Of a stretch of 64,000 bases of DNA, positions 46,701-59,984 are shown piece after piece (positions within the stretch are counted from its first letter, which is position 1; every line of letters starts with the position of its first letter). The notes under the pieces are model-generated. The model saw only the letters and a list, made by a program, of their open reading frames with translations, was not told the origin of the DNA and made no database searches. This DNA comes from Camelus ferus (lineage: Eukaryota), in the NCBI RefSeq assembly GCF_009834535.1, contig NC_045697.1, positions 64,544,001 through 64,608,000 of the forward strand. The letters are read 5' to 3'. The position numbers and the translations under genes are program-made.

Positions 46701-47287
46701 GTACTCATTTCAGCAAATGGTGCTGGAACAACTAGATTTTCATGCGCCAAAAAAAAAAAAAAAAAAGAATCTAGACACAGACCTTATATTCTTCAAAAAA
46801 CTTAATTCACAGTGGGTTATAGATCAAAGTGTAAAATGCAGAACTATAAAATTCTCAGTAAATATAGAGCTTTATACATACAGAAAAAAAGCTAGACAAT
46901 TTTGGGTATGGTGATAACTTTTTAGATGCAACACCAAAGACACAGTCCATGAAAGAAATAGTTGTTAAGCTAGGATTCATTATAATTAAAATCTGCTTTG
47001 TGAAAGACAAGAACAAGAAATATTATGAAATATGTAATATTACAATTATGGAATTCTTTTCCCCCAAACCCACAGAAAGTAAAACACCAAGAGTGAACCC
47101 TCTGAACTTTGGGTAATATGTTGTATCAATGTAGGTTCATCCTTAGTAAAACATGTGACATTTTAGTGTGTGATGTGGTAATGGGGGAGGCTTTGCATGT
47201 TTGGGGGCAGGAGAATAGGGGGAATCTCTGTACCTTCCTTGTAGTTTTGTTATAAACCTTAATCTCTAAAAAATCTCTTTAAAAAAT
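43730..47287 (+). mobile_element. Decayed LINE-1 (L1MC1-like): inter-ORF region, most of ORF2, and 3' end
   Basis: A-rich sense strand. Endonuclease motif LSDHSGIKLE at ~44629. RT catalytic motif FADD decayed to FTED at 46007-46018. Many stops and frameshifts. The 3' terminus (aaacccacagaa...gagtgaaccct...gggggaggctttgcatg...gaatctctgtacc) resembles L1MC1. Confidence 0.9.
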
Positions 47288-47589
47288 GAATGAAAATTTC
47301 ATTGATGGTTTGGACCCATTTTTATTCTTTTCTTCAGCTTAGTGAGGAACTCAACTTCCCTGAGAAGAATAGCTTTGAATTCTTCAACAAATATGGACTC
47401 TTAGCAAGGAATAAGAGAGAATGGCTGATGAGAAGGAATATGAGTGTCTGCCCTATTAACATGACTGAAGTCACATGATATTTAAATAAATATTTCAACG
47501 TATTTTTCTCTTTTCACTTAAAATTTTTTAGTTTAAATTGGGGAAATATCTTGCCCTAATGTGTGTAATAATGGCATTTTCTTCCTTTC

Positions 47590-48345
47590 CAGTTTTATTA
47601 ATATATAGACAGGTAAAAATTGTTATGTTTGAGTACAATCTGATATTTCAGTATGTGTATACACTGAAATAATCACCACAATCAAAGTAATTACATATCT
47701 ATCATCTCACATAGTTAACAGTTTTTGTGTTATATGGTGAGAACTCTAAGCAGATTTCAAGTATACAATGCAGTGTTGTTAACTATAGTCACACTGCTGA
47801 ACATTAGATCTTCAGAACTTATTTATCTTGCATAAGTGAAAGTTTGTACCATTTGACCAACATCTCCCCACTTCCCCCGATCCTTTAATCCCTGGCAACC
47901 ACCATTCAATTCTCTGCTTCTATGAGTTTGACTTTCAAATTCTGCATACAAATGTGTCATGCAGTACTTGTCTTTTTGTGTCTGGCATATTTTACTCAGC
48001 ATAAAGTCCTGTTCATGAAAATTACAAATGGCAGGGTTTTTTCTTTTTTAAAGGCTGAATAATATTCCACTGCATGTGTGAGTATGGTATATCAGTTGCA
48101 TAATTCTTTATCCATTCATCTGTCAGTGGACACTTAGATTGTTACCACATTCTTGACTATTGTGAATAATGCTACAATTAACATGGGATTGTTGATAACT
48201 CTTTAAGATACTGTTTCATTTCTTTTTGATATATGACCCAAAGTGGGATTGCTGGATCATATGGTAAGTCTTTTAAAAAATTTTTGAGGATCCTCTATAC
48301 TTTCTTCTGTAGTGGCTACACTATTTTACACTCCCAACAACAAAA
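47590..48345 (-). mobile_element. LINE-1 3' end fragment (L1MA9-like)
   Basis: atcaccacaatcaaagtaatt...ggtgagaactc...cctggcaaccaccattc...ggctgaataatattccac...aagtgggattgctggatcatatggta. Confidence 0.85.
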
Positions 48346-49648
48346 AATGAAAGAAGTTCCCAATACTTATCTTTTTACAAATATTTTTTATCTTAAGTAA
48401 TATTATATTGATGTCTTTTTTTTTGTAAGTTGAAGGAAGAAGTTCTTAGAATGAAGTATATTCATACTGCTATTTTTATCCATTAAAAATAGCCACATGT
48501 TTTAAGCATATTTAATCACCAATCTTTTTAATATACAAATGAAAATGGTACCAAATTATAAAATGTAACATTAGTAATTTACCACATAGTTGGCTTCTCT
48601 TACTAGAGAAGTCAGAATTTGGGTAAAAGTATCACGTGAAGAAACAACATCTTCATTTCAGTAGCCACTACTGAATGGGGAACTACTTCATTTTTAGTGC
48701 TAATTTATCATCTCTTACCTATGAGAGCCAACAGGGCTCCTCACTGGTTTTTCCTCCTTAAGTTGTAATATCATTATTAGGAGTCTTTACCTTATTAATT
48801 TTAATCCTTCTAAGATTAAGTCAAAGACATAGAAGTCTAATTTCCATTGGTTTATCCCCTTTATCTTGTGTAGAGAGACAAGTCTGAGAAAACAAAATTA
48901 TCTTCTCTTATGACTAACAAACCTTATGAAGTTATATATGGCTCTTGGCACAATTTGAACTCATATTTATTTTCTGAATTTTAAATAAAATATCAGGGAG
49001 AAAATCAATAGTATTTTGATTGATTTTCAGCTAATCATTTGTACTCTTCTCATTCCATGGGAATAATCACATACAGAATTTAAGAAATTTCCTATACTGT
49101 TAAAAAAAAATTCTTGCCAAGTTAAAGGAATTATCTTCTTTTGTGTAAATGTTTTCTTTTCTTACAATGATTTAATGTGTTTTATTTCAAAATATTTTAG
49201 TTGCAAGTGATGTGTGTGTGTCTCTATATCTATCTATCTATAGAAAGGTAACCATAAATATATTATAATGATACAGTACACTTTCTAGAACCAAAGGATC
49301 AAAGCACTGCTGAACCCTGGAAAAACCTGAACAGCCCCAGGCAGAACCCAGGAAATCTGCTTGCTAGATCCCTTCCTTTATTTCCCCTTGGCTGGCTCCT
49401 TCACTCTTTTCTCTTATTCCTGACAAACTTTTCTGCTTTCCAGCTTATAAAGGGCAAAGATGGCCACTGCCAACAGCTTTAACTTTACTTCCATCTACTC
49501 CATTCCAGAGAGCTGGGAAGTTGAGATTAGAATCTCTCAGATCCAATTTTAGGTTTCTGAGGAAGGACTGATTTGCCAATCTGTATCTGTTTTTTCAGCC
49601 CTGAACCAAAGAATTGTGGCCAAGGAATGAGTTCATTTTAAATAAGTA

Positions 49649-50128
49649 CAAGAATCCTCCCTTATCTGCAGTTTTGCTTTTTGTGGTTTAAGTTACCTGC
49701 TGTCAACCATGGTCCAAAAATATTAAATGGAAAATTCCAGAAATAAACAATTATTAAGTTTTATATTGAATACCTTTCTGACTGATGAAATCTCACATAC
49801 TCCTGCTCCATCCCTCCTGGAACATGAATCATGGCAGCGTATCCTGCCATTAATCACTTAGTAGCTATCTTGTTTATCACATTGAAGTATCACAGTGCTT
49901 GTGTTCAGGTAACCCTTATTTTACCTAATAATGGTCCCAAAGAATAAGAGTAGTGATGCTGGCATTTTGGATATTTTCTTACTGTGCCTAATTTATAAAT
50001 TAAACTTTATCATAGATATGTATTTATAGGAAAAAAAAAGTCTGTATAGGGTTTGGTACTATCCTTGGTTTCAGGTACCCACTGGTGGTCTTGGAACATA
50101 TGCCCCATGAATAAGAGAGGGATTACTG
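49649..50128 (+). mobile_element. MER44/Tigger7-family non-autonomous DNA transposon (shorter variant)
   Basis: TA|CAAGAATCCTCCCTTATCTGC...GAATAAGAGAGGGATTACTG|TA. Shares aaaaatattaaatggaaaattccagaaataaa and cttactgtgcctaatttataaattaaact blocks with the copy at 54575. Confidence 0.85.
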
Positions 50129-53100
50129 TATGTGACCAGACATAATATTCAAGCATCAGATGGGTCAGTATCTAAAGATGTTTATTCCCTGATAATAGAC
50201 TGTGTGTGTGAGGGTATGAATCAGTGTGTTGTGTGTGTGTGTGTGTTCAAGTACGCTTCCATGTTGTGGTATGACATTGGTGGTTTTGTGTGCATTAAAT
50301 AAAATAAACAGTAAGCATCCACTTCATAAAGTTAGCCTATGACTAGTCTATGTGTTTAAGATGAGCCCTTCTTCTTTGGTTGTTTAATAAAGTGCAGAAA
50401 TGTATTGGTTAAATTCGATTTAAAGAGCCATCTATACTTAAGAGTACACTGACAGAGCCATTAATTTCAAATTAATACAAACCTCTATTTTAGATAGAGG
50501 ATTATATTCTGTATTTGCCAGCAATTCAAAATATTGTGATTTATAATACTATTGAGATTTGGAAACATTTATATTATATGAGATGCTTGGAAATCACATT
50601 AGATGAAACTTTAGGGTAATAACCTATAGAACAGCAAATTTGGGAGACTGGTTATAAATAAGAGGCTGAAGCTTATAATGTTTTTCTATCATTTGCAATG
50701 ATTTATGAGAAACTCATTTCATATGTTAGTCCAAATAAAAAAAATTAATTGCCATTTATAGGATAAATTAATCATCAGAAAATACTAACAGCTCTTTAAT
50801 AAAAGTGAAAGCAACAGACTAGTTCTTTTATGCAAGTGCTTCTAGTTATTGAAATCTCAAAGTTATAGAATTTTGTTTTTTATATAAATCATTTTTAGAG
50901 TCTAATAATTTTCAAATTATTTCCTTACCAGAGTTGCAAGTTAGTTTTCATTTCAAAGGAAGAAAATTATATAATAACAGAAGCATTCAGTATTAAGGAA
51001 CGGATTAGAACTCAGGGTACCTGAGGCATAATTTTGAACTTACTCAAATTATCTTTCAGAAAGAATCAATAGTTAGTTCCCACTTTCTCATAACCAAATT
51101 AGTGTTTACACTTACTGAACTAGGTATAAATAAAAGGGAGAAGGTTGTAGGAATACAAAGAATGATTATGGCAGTTCATTCATGTACATTGTAGAGGATC
51201 TATACTAATTAGAGAAGCATATTTTAAGAAAATTTCAGAGATTAAGACATGGTTTACGAGACATTTTATCCAAACACATAATGTTCCAAGGCACTAAGTA
51301 AGGGAGAGTTCACAGCTAAATGTTACCCAATAGAAATTAAGTAAACAAACTGTAATTAGAGTAGAAAGAAATTCAGTAACATAGGTTATAAAGAAAGAGA
51401 TCAAAGATACTAATTACAATGTTAATTAGAGTCTTTGTTGGCCTTAAATTGGTAGACCTAGGAGAATGCTCAGAAAATATTATATGTGTCAATTGAACAT
51501 TTGGGAAACTACCAATAGAAAGTGCTTTTTTTTAAGGTTCAAAATTAATTGTAATGAAAAAATGAATAGGTTTTATTAATAACCACAAATAGCTAACTGT
51601 ATTATATAGTAAGGTTCCTGAGATAGGGATGTGATTACCCTTGGCTTTTCCGAGTACAAGTCAGGCTTTAATCTAAAGTAGATTTCAGGAAAAAAAATCA
51701 TGTAAAACAGTTATTTGATAATCTAGACCATGGAAAATAATAGTTATTCATTTATAACGGATAAGGTAGTTGTTAAATTTTCCAAGCAGAAGACACTAAA
51801 AAAAGAGGGAGTCTAACTTCATGATACCACAAAAAGTAAACTTGCCAGGTTAAAGAGTACGTACATGACCAGTTGCCAAGGTAATAATACCAATCTTCTC
51901 GTAGATATCAATCCATTATTAACCTGTGACATGTATGTAGATATATATATACACATATACACAGGGAAATTGACCTAAAATATAATATGATATAAATGTC
52001 AATAAAAAGAAGATTGATATTTTTACATATTTCAAATTTTTGTTTAAATTATATTCTAAAGTGAGATTAAAATATTTTTGTAAGAAATGAAAGTAATACA
52101 TAAATAGAGAAAGAATAAATTTCAGGACCTTATTCTGGGAAATTTATAATGTATATTAAAGATTTTAATTAGGGATATACCTTTTTAAAAAAGAAATAGT
52201 ATTTTAATATCTATATCACTTTGCTGTTAAGTATATAATTAGGGATATTGAGTGTAATCTAAGAGGAAAATATTTTAAAATCTTTTAATGTAGAATAAAG
52301 CATAGATGATGAAACCAAACATGCAAAAATGTACAGTTTAAGAACTTACTGTAAGGTAAACATTTTTGTAACCATAGCAAGATCAAGAAATAGAACTTTA
52401 CTGGTCATCCTAGAAGGCCCTCCATCTACTTCCATCCTAATCACAAATTGTTTCCTGTCCTCAAAAGTAACATTCTCTCTCTATTTCTTTATGTCTGCTA
52501 TACTCAATTTATGGAGGCAAATAGTTATTACATTACCACAGTCCATTATAATTTCCATTTTGCCTTATTTCTACAAGTTATCGTTGGTCAGTGCTCACTA
52601 CCTGTCCTTTTCTGTGAGTCTTGCTAGTCATTTTGGTTGACTGAATGCCAGTTTTGTTGAATGTAAAATTCAATTTTTGAGTACCATACATTTGCTACCT
52701 CATTTTTGGTTAGTATACAGCTTTAGTGCTGAAAAATCTACTCATACTCTAATTTACTTTCCCTTGCTGTTTTTTCCCCTTAAACCTTGCTCTTTAATCC
52801 CCCAAATACCCAAAGGATATTTTGTTATTCTCTAATAGAGTAATCTCTCACTTTTTAAGAAAAGATTCTAACTTTCTGTGATCTTTCAGGAACATGGCGT
52901 GCTCTTCAATTTTTAGTTTAACATTTTTTTTTTTAATTTCAGGAAAATTTCCTTAAATTAGAATTTAAAAATTATTTTGTGGTCCTTTGCTTTCGTTTTA
53001 GTCTTTGGGGTCTCCTCACATAGGTGCATGAAATCTTTTTGCCTGCCTTCCATATATATCAGTTTGTCTTCAATCCTTTTTAAGTTTTATTTCTTTTTTA

Positions 53101-53191
53101 GTTTTTAAAGTTGCCTTCCTTTTCCCTCTTCTATTTTTCTTAAGGCATCTTCTATTGTGTCTCATCTTCTTTCTGAGTCTTTGTTTTAAAA

Positions 53192-54140
53192 TTATTTTTA
53201 TTTTTATTCTATTATGACAAAATATACTTCACATAAAACATGCCATTTTGTCCATTTTTAATAAATGTACAGGTTAGTGGCATTAAGTACACTCACAATT
53301 ATGTGCAAACATCACCACTACTACTTTCCAAACCTTTTCCATCACTCTAAACAGAAACTTTTTACTCATTAAGCAATAACTCCCCAATCCCCCTCCCCGC
53401 AGCTCCTGATAACTTCTAATCTACTTTGTGTATCTAGATATTTGCCTATTCAAGATATTTCATATAAGTGGAATTATACAATATTTGACCTTTTGTGTCT
53501 GACTTATTTCACTTAGCATTATGTTTTCTAGGTACAACTATGTTGTAGGATGTGTCAGAATTTCCTTTAGAACTCTGTTCTTTTTTATGACTGAATAATA
53601 TCCTCACTGTAGATATATATCACATTTTGTTTATTAGTTCATTTGTTGATGGGCCCTAGAGTTCTTTTTGCTTTTTGGCTGTTGTGAACAATGTTGCAAT
53701 GAATATTGGTGTGCAAGTGTTCGTTTGAGTCCCTTTTTTCATTCATTTAGAGTATATACCTATGAGTGGAATTGCTGGATCAGATGGTTAATTACAGGTT
53801 TAGCATTTTAAGGAATTGTTAAACTGTTTTTCACAGTGGCTGACCCTCTTTACATTCCCATCAGCTAATATGAAGGGTCCAGTTTTTCCACACCCTCACC
53901 AACACTTTTTATTTTCCTTTTTTTTTCATTATAAACATTCAGATAGATGTGAAGTGGTATCTTATTTTGGCTTTAATTTTCACTTCTCTAATAACTGATG
54001 ACGTTGAACATCTGTTCATTTGCTTATTGGCCATCTTTATGTTCCTTGGCAAAATGTCTATTCAAGTGCTTTGTCCATTTTAAGTTGGGTTGTCTCTGTT
54101 GAGTTGTAGTTCTTTATATATTCTGGATACTGAATTCTTT
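53192..54140 (-). mobile_element. LINE-1 3' end (L1MB-like)
   Basis: ttagtggcattaagtacactcaca...ctctaaacagaaac...attaagcaataactcccc...gagtggaattgctggatca...ttggcaaaatgtctattcaagt...ctttatatattctggatact. Confidence 0.85.
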
Positions 54141-54574
54141 GCTTTTAACAGTCCGGTTATAATGTGTCTTGGTATTGATCTCTCTTTACGTTTGTCTTAC
54201 TAGGAATTTTTAAGGTTTTTGGATATATAGTTTTGTAACTTTCATCAACTTTGAGACGTTTTTGGCTATCATTTTCTCAAATACTATTTTTTGCCCTTTT
54301 CCTCTGTCTCATCTCCTTCTGGACTCCTCAGAATGCATATGTTGGTCTGCTTGATGGTTTTTCACAGTTCCTTTAGGCCGTTAGTTAACTTTTCTTTATC
54401 TGAGTTTTCTTTCTTCAACTCAGACTCGATAATTTAAATTGTCTTGTCTTCAAGTTCACTGATTCTCTATTCTGCCTGCAAAAATCTGCTTTTGAATTCC
54501 TTCAACTCCAGAATTTTGGTTTGTTTCATTTTTATAATTTCTTTCTCTTTAATGATAATTTCATTTTGTTCATA

Positions 54575-55235
54575 CAGTAGTTACCCCTAATCCTGGTTTC
54601 ATTTTCTGCAGTTTCAGTTACATACAGTTAACTGAGGTCTAAAAATATTAAATGGAAGATTCCAGAAATAAATAATTCTTAGTCTTAAATTCGTGCTGTT
54701 ATGAGTAGCGTGATGAAATATTGTGCTGTCCTGCTGTGTCCTGCCTGGGATCCCCTACCATCAACATCATCTTTCCTGACATCCAGCCATTGACATTTCA
54801 AGGCTCAGTGATCCAGGATCACCAGAAGTAGATCCTCTGCCTTCTTATTTATTGTCATAGGGTCAATATTATGCTAACATCACATCACAGTCTGTACATC
54901 ATTCACCTCACTTCATCTCATCATGTAGGCATTTATCATCTCACATCATCATAAGAAGAAGTATAAATGAATTGCAATAAGATATTTTGAGAGGGGGAAA
55001 GTGAAAAAGAGACTGCATTCACATAACTTCTATTACAGTATGTTGTAATTGTTCTATTTTATTATTAGTTATTATTGTTAATCTCTTACTGTGCCTAATT
55101 TATAAATTAAACTTCATCATAGATATGTATGTATAGGAAAATGTATAGTATATGCAGTGTTTGACACTATCTGTAGTTTTTGGCATCTACTAGGGGTCTT
55201 CGAATGTATCCCCTGGGAATAAGGAAGGACTATTG
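54575..55235 (+). mobile_element. MER44/Tigger7-family non-autonomous DNA transposon
   Basis: TA|CAGTAGTTACCCCTAATCC...GGGAATAAGGAAGGACTATTG|TA, i.e. degenerate TIRs with a TA duplication. Internal aaaatattaaatggaagattccagaaataaa motif. Confidence 0.85.
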
Positions 55236-55656
55236 TATATAATTTTCCTGATTTCCATTTTTTTTCCTTTGGTGTATAGTTCATCCATATTTTTCTTTAG
55301 CACTTTACGCATACTTACGACAGTTGTTTTAAAGTTTTTGTCTAGTAAATCCAATATCTGGACTTCTTTAGGGTTGGTTTCTGTTAGTTTATTTTGACTT
55401 TTTGAATGAGCTGTACTTTTATTTTTGGAAATCAGATTCTCTCCCTCTCCTTCAGAGTTTGCTTTTATTTATGTATTTATTTGATTGATCATGGGCTATA
55501 ATAGTAGTCCATTTGTCCAGTGATTTTTCCTTACTATTTTTGCACAGATGGTATTCCTTATTGTTTACAGTCCCTGAAGTCTCTGTTCCTTAGCTTGTGT
55601 TTGGCTAGTGCTTTGACAGAGGTTTCCTTGAATGCCAGGAGCTAAAAAATAAAAAC

Positions 55657-55682
55657 AAGCAAGCAAGCAAGCAAGCAAGCAA
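55657..55682. repeat. (AAGC)n tetranucleotide repeat, about 6 units
   Basis: aagcaagcaagcaagcaagcaagcaa. Confidence 0.92.
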
Positions 55683-58101
55683 ATTACCTTCCCTTTCAGT
55701 CTTTGCAGATTGGCCTTGTGCTGGAACCTTCCTTCACCATTTAGCCAGACTTGAGCTGAGCCTAGATAAGAGCCCAAACTGGAAGCTTAAGGTCCTCCTT
55801 CATCCTGTCTGAGCATGCATCTTACTATCGGCATGCACGTGGCTTTCTAATTTCCCTTTACCCACCCCATATTGATTGCCCAGATTTTTCCAAGAAAAAT
55901 CTTTCCCAGCTATTTCTCTCAGGTCTTAGATAGTCTGTTTTATGTCTCAACTGTGAACTACTGCCTCAGGCACTTGCAAATTTTTCTACACCTTACAGTG
56001 TTGTCAAGCCGTGCTCACCACTTTTCTGGCTTGGGTGAGTTCTGACTTAGGCAAAATAGAGATAAGCAGGCTGTGTCAGTCCTTAATGTCTCTCCGAGAC
56101 AGGTTAGAACAGATGCGTACAATAATTTGTAAACAAGGTCTACTCTTCTTCCTCTGGAATGAGGGGCCAGGTCCCACATAGGAAACATGGGCTACTGTCT
56201 TCAAGACTGTTGCTAAAAGAAGGAATGGGTCAAGGGCTAGTGAAAATGGTTTCCTTTGCTTTCCTCTGTTTATAAGCCCCAGACCTGCAGATCTGAGATT
56301 ATTATGGCTTGTGTTTTCAGGTTTGTGAGTATACTTTGTCATTTAATTTTGGGTTACTTGTGTGATTTTTGTTTGTTTTCTTACTGTTCTGTCTTGTTTT
56401 TTCCTTATGGGAATTTAAAGAGTTAAAGAATTAAAAAAATTGAAATGCCAGTGTTGCTGCCACTGCTACCATCTTCTCAAGAGTATAATTATTTTTAAAC
56501 TGACAAATATGAGTTAGTTTTATTTGATTAAAAGATGTAATACACTATACAAATTGTGTCAGCAAGTCAATCAGACTTTATTACATGTCCACTATATGCC
56601 ACTATGTAGGTTGGAGTATGGCAAACCTGGTTCAGGTATTTATAATTAATGTTGTCCTAGACTTGACTGGACTAATAAGAATTAGCAGAAACTGCTATGA
56701 TAATTGCCTAATACAATACAGATGAAAGGGAGGTGAGAAATCATATGGGAAATGATAGGTCAGTGAGACTTTTCTCCTGTACTTACCACACCATCCCCTT
56801 TATCATTGCTGTGATTTTAAAAAATGACTTATAAGTTTCTCTGTGTAAAGTTTATTTCTCAAGATTTTGTCCTATTTTCTGCTTAGAATCTTTTTTTAAA
56901 GATCTTTACATGTTGCCTCATTCTTATTATTCAAGAGTCACCTCAAAGTTGACCTATTCATGACAGATTTCTCTGTTCATCCTAGTCGAACTCTTCTCCT
57001 AATTATCCAAGAACACAATATTTTCTTTTATTACTATCTCTTATTAAACTTAGGTTATTTCTATTTTGAATGCATTTGTTGACATGTTTATGATTTGTAT
57101 TTTCTCTGTATAATGTAGGATCCTTTATGTTAGAGATTCTTTCAGTCATGACTACCAGTGTGTACCCAGTTTTTGAAAATACATATACCTCAAAATATTT
57201 GTAGTGTTTCATTTCTCTAAAATAAAATATGTTTTGCCACTAATATTTCTTTGGACCAATTGATATTTTAGTTTCTTGAAGTTATTTAAATAGGCATGCA
57301 AAAACTGTACTACTTAACCAGTAAACCAGGCTTCATGCCTGAGCAGTTTTTAAAGTTTTGAATACAGGTTTTCATGAAGTAAATATTAGAAATGTAACTG
57401 TGAGTAGCATTAGATAGCAATTGAATTTTATCTTTCTTTTAGAAAGACTTTCATATTATAAAGAAAAGGGAAGGGAATGAGGGCAACATATGATAACGAG
57501 TTGGCTTATTCTAATATAATATCTAACTTTATGTTGTGATAAATAAATCCAAACAGTACCTTTTATCTGGTTGTTTTCCTAATGAAGTGTGGTTTCTCAT
57601 AAAAACAACAACAAAATACTCACTGGGAACTAGATAACACTCATTTTTCAATATTTAAAAAATATTTCTAAAGCATAGAGAATTTTTCTCATACCTAAAA
57701 TATTACTGAAAACTATGAGTAAGTTTATGCACTTTCTCTTTTGAGATCAATCTTGTGCTTACTGGACATCACATATATGAGAGATAAAATTCTGTTTTGT
57801 ATGTTTTAACTTTTTCCACAAGCCACCCATTTTGTCTAATAGCCATGATAGACAGTAAAATTTGTGTCAGTTGTGCAAAAATGTTAATTTGTAGCCACAG
57901 ATTATGGAGGATAAAAAAGCCTTTGGTTATAATTTTTCAAAAGTTAAAATGTCAAGTAAAATTACTTTCCTTTTGATATATTGAAATATTGATCTTATGG
58001 TTATACTTGCTCACAATGTCACATTTCTTCTACTAAGGATGCTCCTTTGTTTTAAGTTAATTCATTTATTAATGTTCATATTTAGGAAAATATGCATTTT
58101 A

Positions 58102-58258
58102 TTATTTAAAAAATTTTATTTAGTTACGTATTTTCATGGGGGAAGGTAATTAGATTATTTATTTATTTGTTTATTTTTTAATGGAGGTACTGGGGATTGA
58201 ACCCACGACCTTGTGCATGCTAGCCAAGCACTCTACCACTGAGCTATACCCTCCCCTC
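58102..58258 (-). mobile_element. tRNA(Ala)-derived SINE, camelid Vic-1 type
   Basis: Minus strand reads GGGGAGGGTATAGCTCAGTGGTAGAG (A box)...GGTTCAATCCC (B box)...(TAAA)n-like tail. TSD AAATATGCATTTTA at 58088-58101 and 58259-58272. Family name is from memory. Confidence 0.88.
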
Positions 58259-58597
58259 AAATATGCATTTTAAATAGTTAAATTTCATATGAAGATAGCT
58301 GAGGAAAGAGTTTTTTCTCAAATTTGTCATTTTTGTTTGTTCTTCTGAAATTATAGTTTTAAATATTTGACACATTTTTGAATTCTGCCTTATATGTATA
58401 TTTTGTGGATTCCTTACATTAGAGTTAAGAATTTTAAATACACAACAAAATGTTATCTGCCTTTTTCTTTGTACTTACATATTTGAAAATTTAAGTATTA
58501 GAAAAAAATTCTATTTTAAAATTATCTGGTTTTACTAACTTAGCCACACCTTATGTTGAAACCTTGCATCCTTCTGATTGATGAGATTCTCAACCTA

Positions 58598-58792
58598 ATA
58601 TGTGTATGTGTATTGCATATATATTATATATGTATGTATTAACAAATTATATGTAGATCTGTACTATAAACCAGTATATGTATGTTGTATACAAGTATAC
58701 ATATACTGCCAGCATATATACATGCATAGATGTGTATATATGTTTATACAAGTGTGCACAAACACACGTACATCTCTTTCTCTCTCTATATA
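58598..58792. repeat. Low-complexity TA/TG/CA alternating region
   Basis: Degenerate (TATG)/(TA)/(CA) runs. Confidence 0.7.
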
Positions 58793-59984
58793 TGGTCTAC
58801 TATGATTTGGTATGTCACTATACTTTTCATATTTCAATGACATTGTTTCTATAGTAACTAATGCACTGGAAAAATCAAAGCAGTGAGCTTTGGAAAGAGC
58901 CAGCCAAATCACATGCTTAATAAATGATGAACAAGTGGATGTTTTTTGTCTGGGGTCAAACAATTTGGAAGTGGCTAAAACACAGTGAAATCATTGCTCT
59001 GTAGCCAAATACAATCTAGCCAAGGTTGTAAGACTGTATGCTATCTTTAACCAAAAAATGGCCAAATCATTATGATTTTCTGGAACATACATATACATAC
59101 ACAAAAACTTGTACTCTCTCTCTGTACAGCACTGAGTCTTTCTATGTTAGATAAAGTGTAAAAGAGGATTTTGACTATGCTGTCAGGCTGAGCTAGTATT
59201 ACCAAACTTTGGATCTAGTATCTATTTAAGAATATTTATATTTGAGAAAAAAGGCATTTCTGTAGAACTTTTAAATGAATTATGCCTAACAAGAAATGTC
59301 AAGTGCCTGGGGACAAGGTCAAGTTGAAGTTATTTTGTTATGATTTTAATTCTGAAAATTTAAATCATTTAGAGAAATTTATAACATTATTAGTCTTTTA
59401 AACTTGTCATATTTTGTTAAAACCGTCTTTAAGTTAGTGATGAAGTTTACCAACAATCAGAATATTTAGGCAACAGATTAGAGCTCTTTTAAACAAGAAC
59501 ACAAAATAAATTTGAAAGTTTGAAACTAATTTGAAGTTTGCTCTTCTTACCTTTCCTGGTAAGGTTACCTGTATTTCAAGGTACTCTCACTCTTTTTTGA
59601 CAAATAAAATGATATACACTTGCTTTTTAACTCCCATTCGTACATACCATTTGTTTACAATGATCATTTAATGATCATTAAGTAAGTTGAATTTACCTGT
59701 TATATATTTTTCCCATTCTTAGCAAAGTAAATCCATAATACAAGATTTTTTGTATGATGATATGGTCAAGGTTAGGATTATTTCCTAAAATGAAAACAAC
59801 ATTCATTAAATACATATTTACAATACAAATATTAAATAGGTAGTTAACTTTTACCGTTAAATTTCTGGGATACAATATTTTCAAGTATGACATTTTAAAT
59901 ATATTCTAAAGATATATATTTATTTGATAATTCTGTATTTAAAAACTCTTAAGAATATAGATCTTTCTGGACCTATGTAGATCC

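Larger units (their letters stand above)
54140..56260 (-). mobile_element. LINE-1 ORF1 and 5' region (old L1M), split by a MER44 insertion
   Basis: ataatgtgtcttggt...gtctgcttgatggt...ttcaagttcactgattct...aactccagaattt is antisense ORF1. It continues after 55237 (tttgtctagtaaatccaatatctgg). The right boundary is approximate. Confidence 0.7.

Noticed and set aside
43295..47287. Twin-primed (5'-inverted) L1 suggested by abutting opposite-strand L1 pieces at ~43730
   Set aside because: Each piece has its own 3' end and they resemble different subfamilies (L1MA-like and L1MC-like), so they are independent insertions.
49649..55235. Two similar blocks ~5 kb apart as a segmental duplication or composite transposon
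   Set aside because: They are independent MER44 copies, each with its own TIRs and TA duplication and with different internal segments.
58183..58258. Possible tRNA-Ala gene
   Set aside because: It is the head of a SINE, with an A-rich tail, a TSD and imperfect stems.
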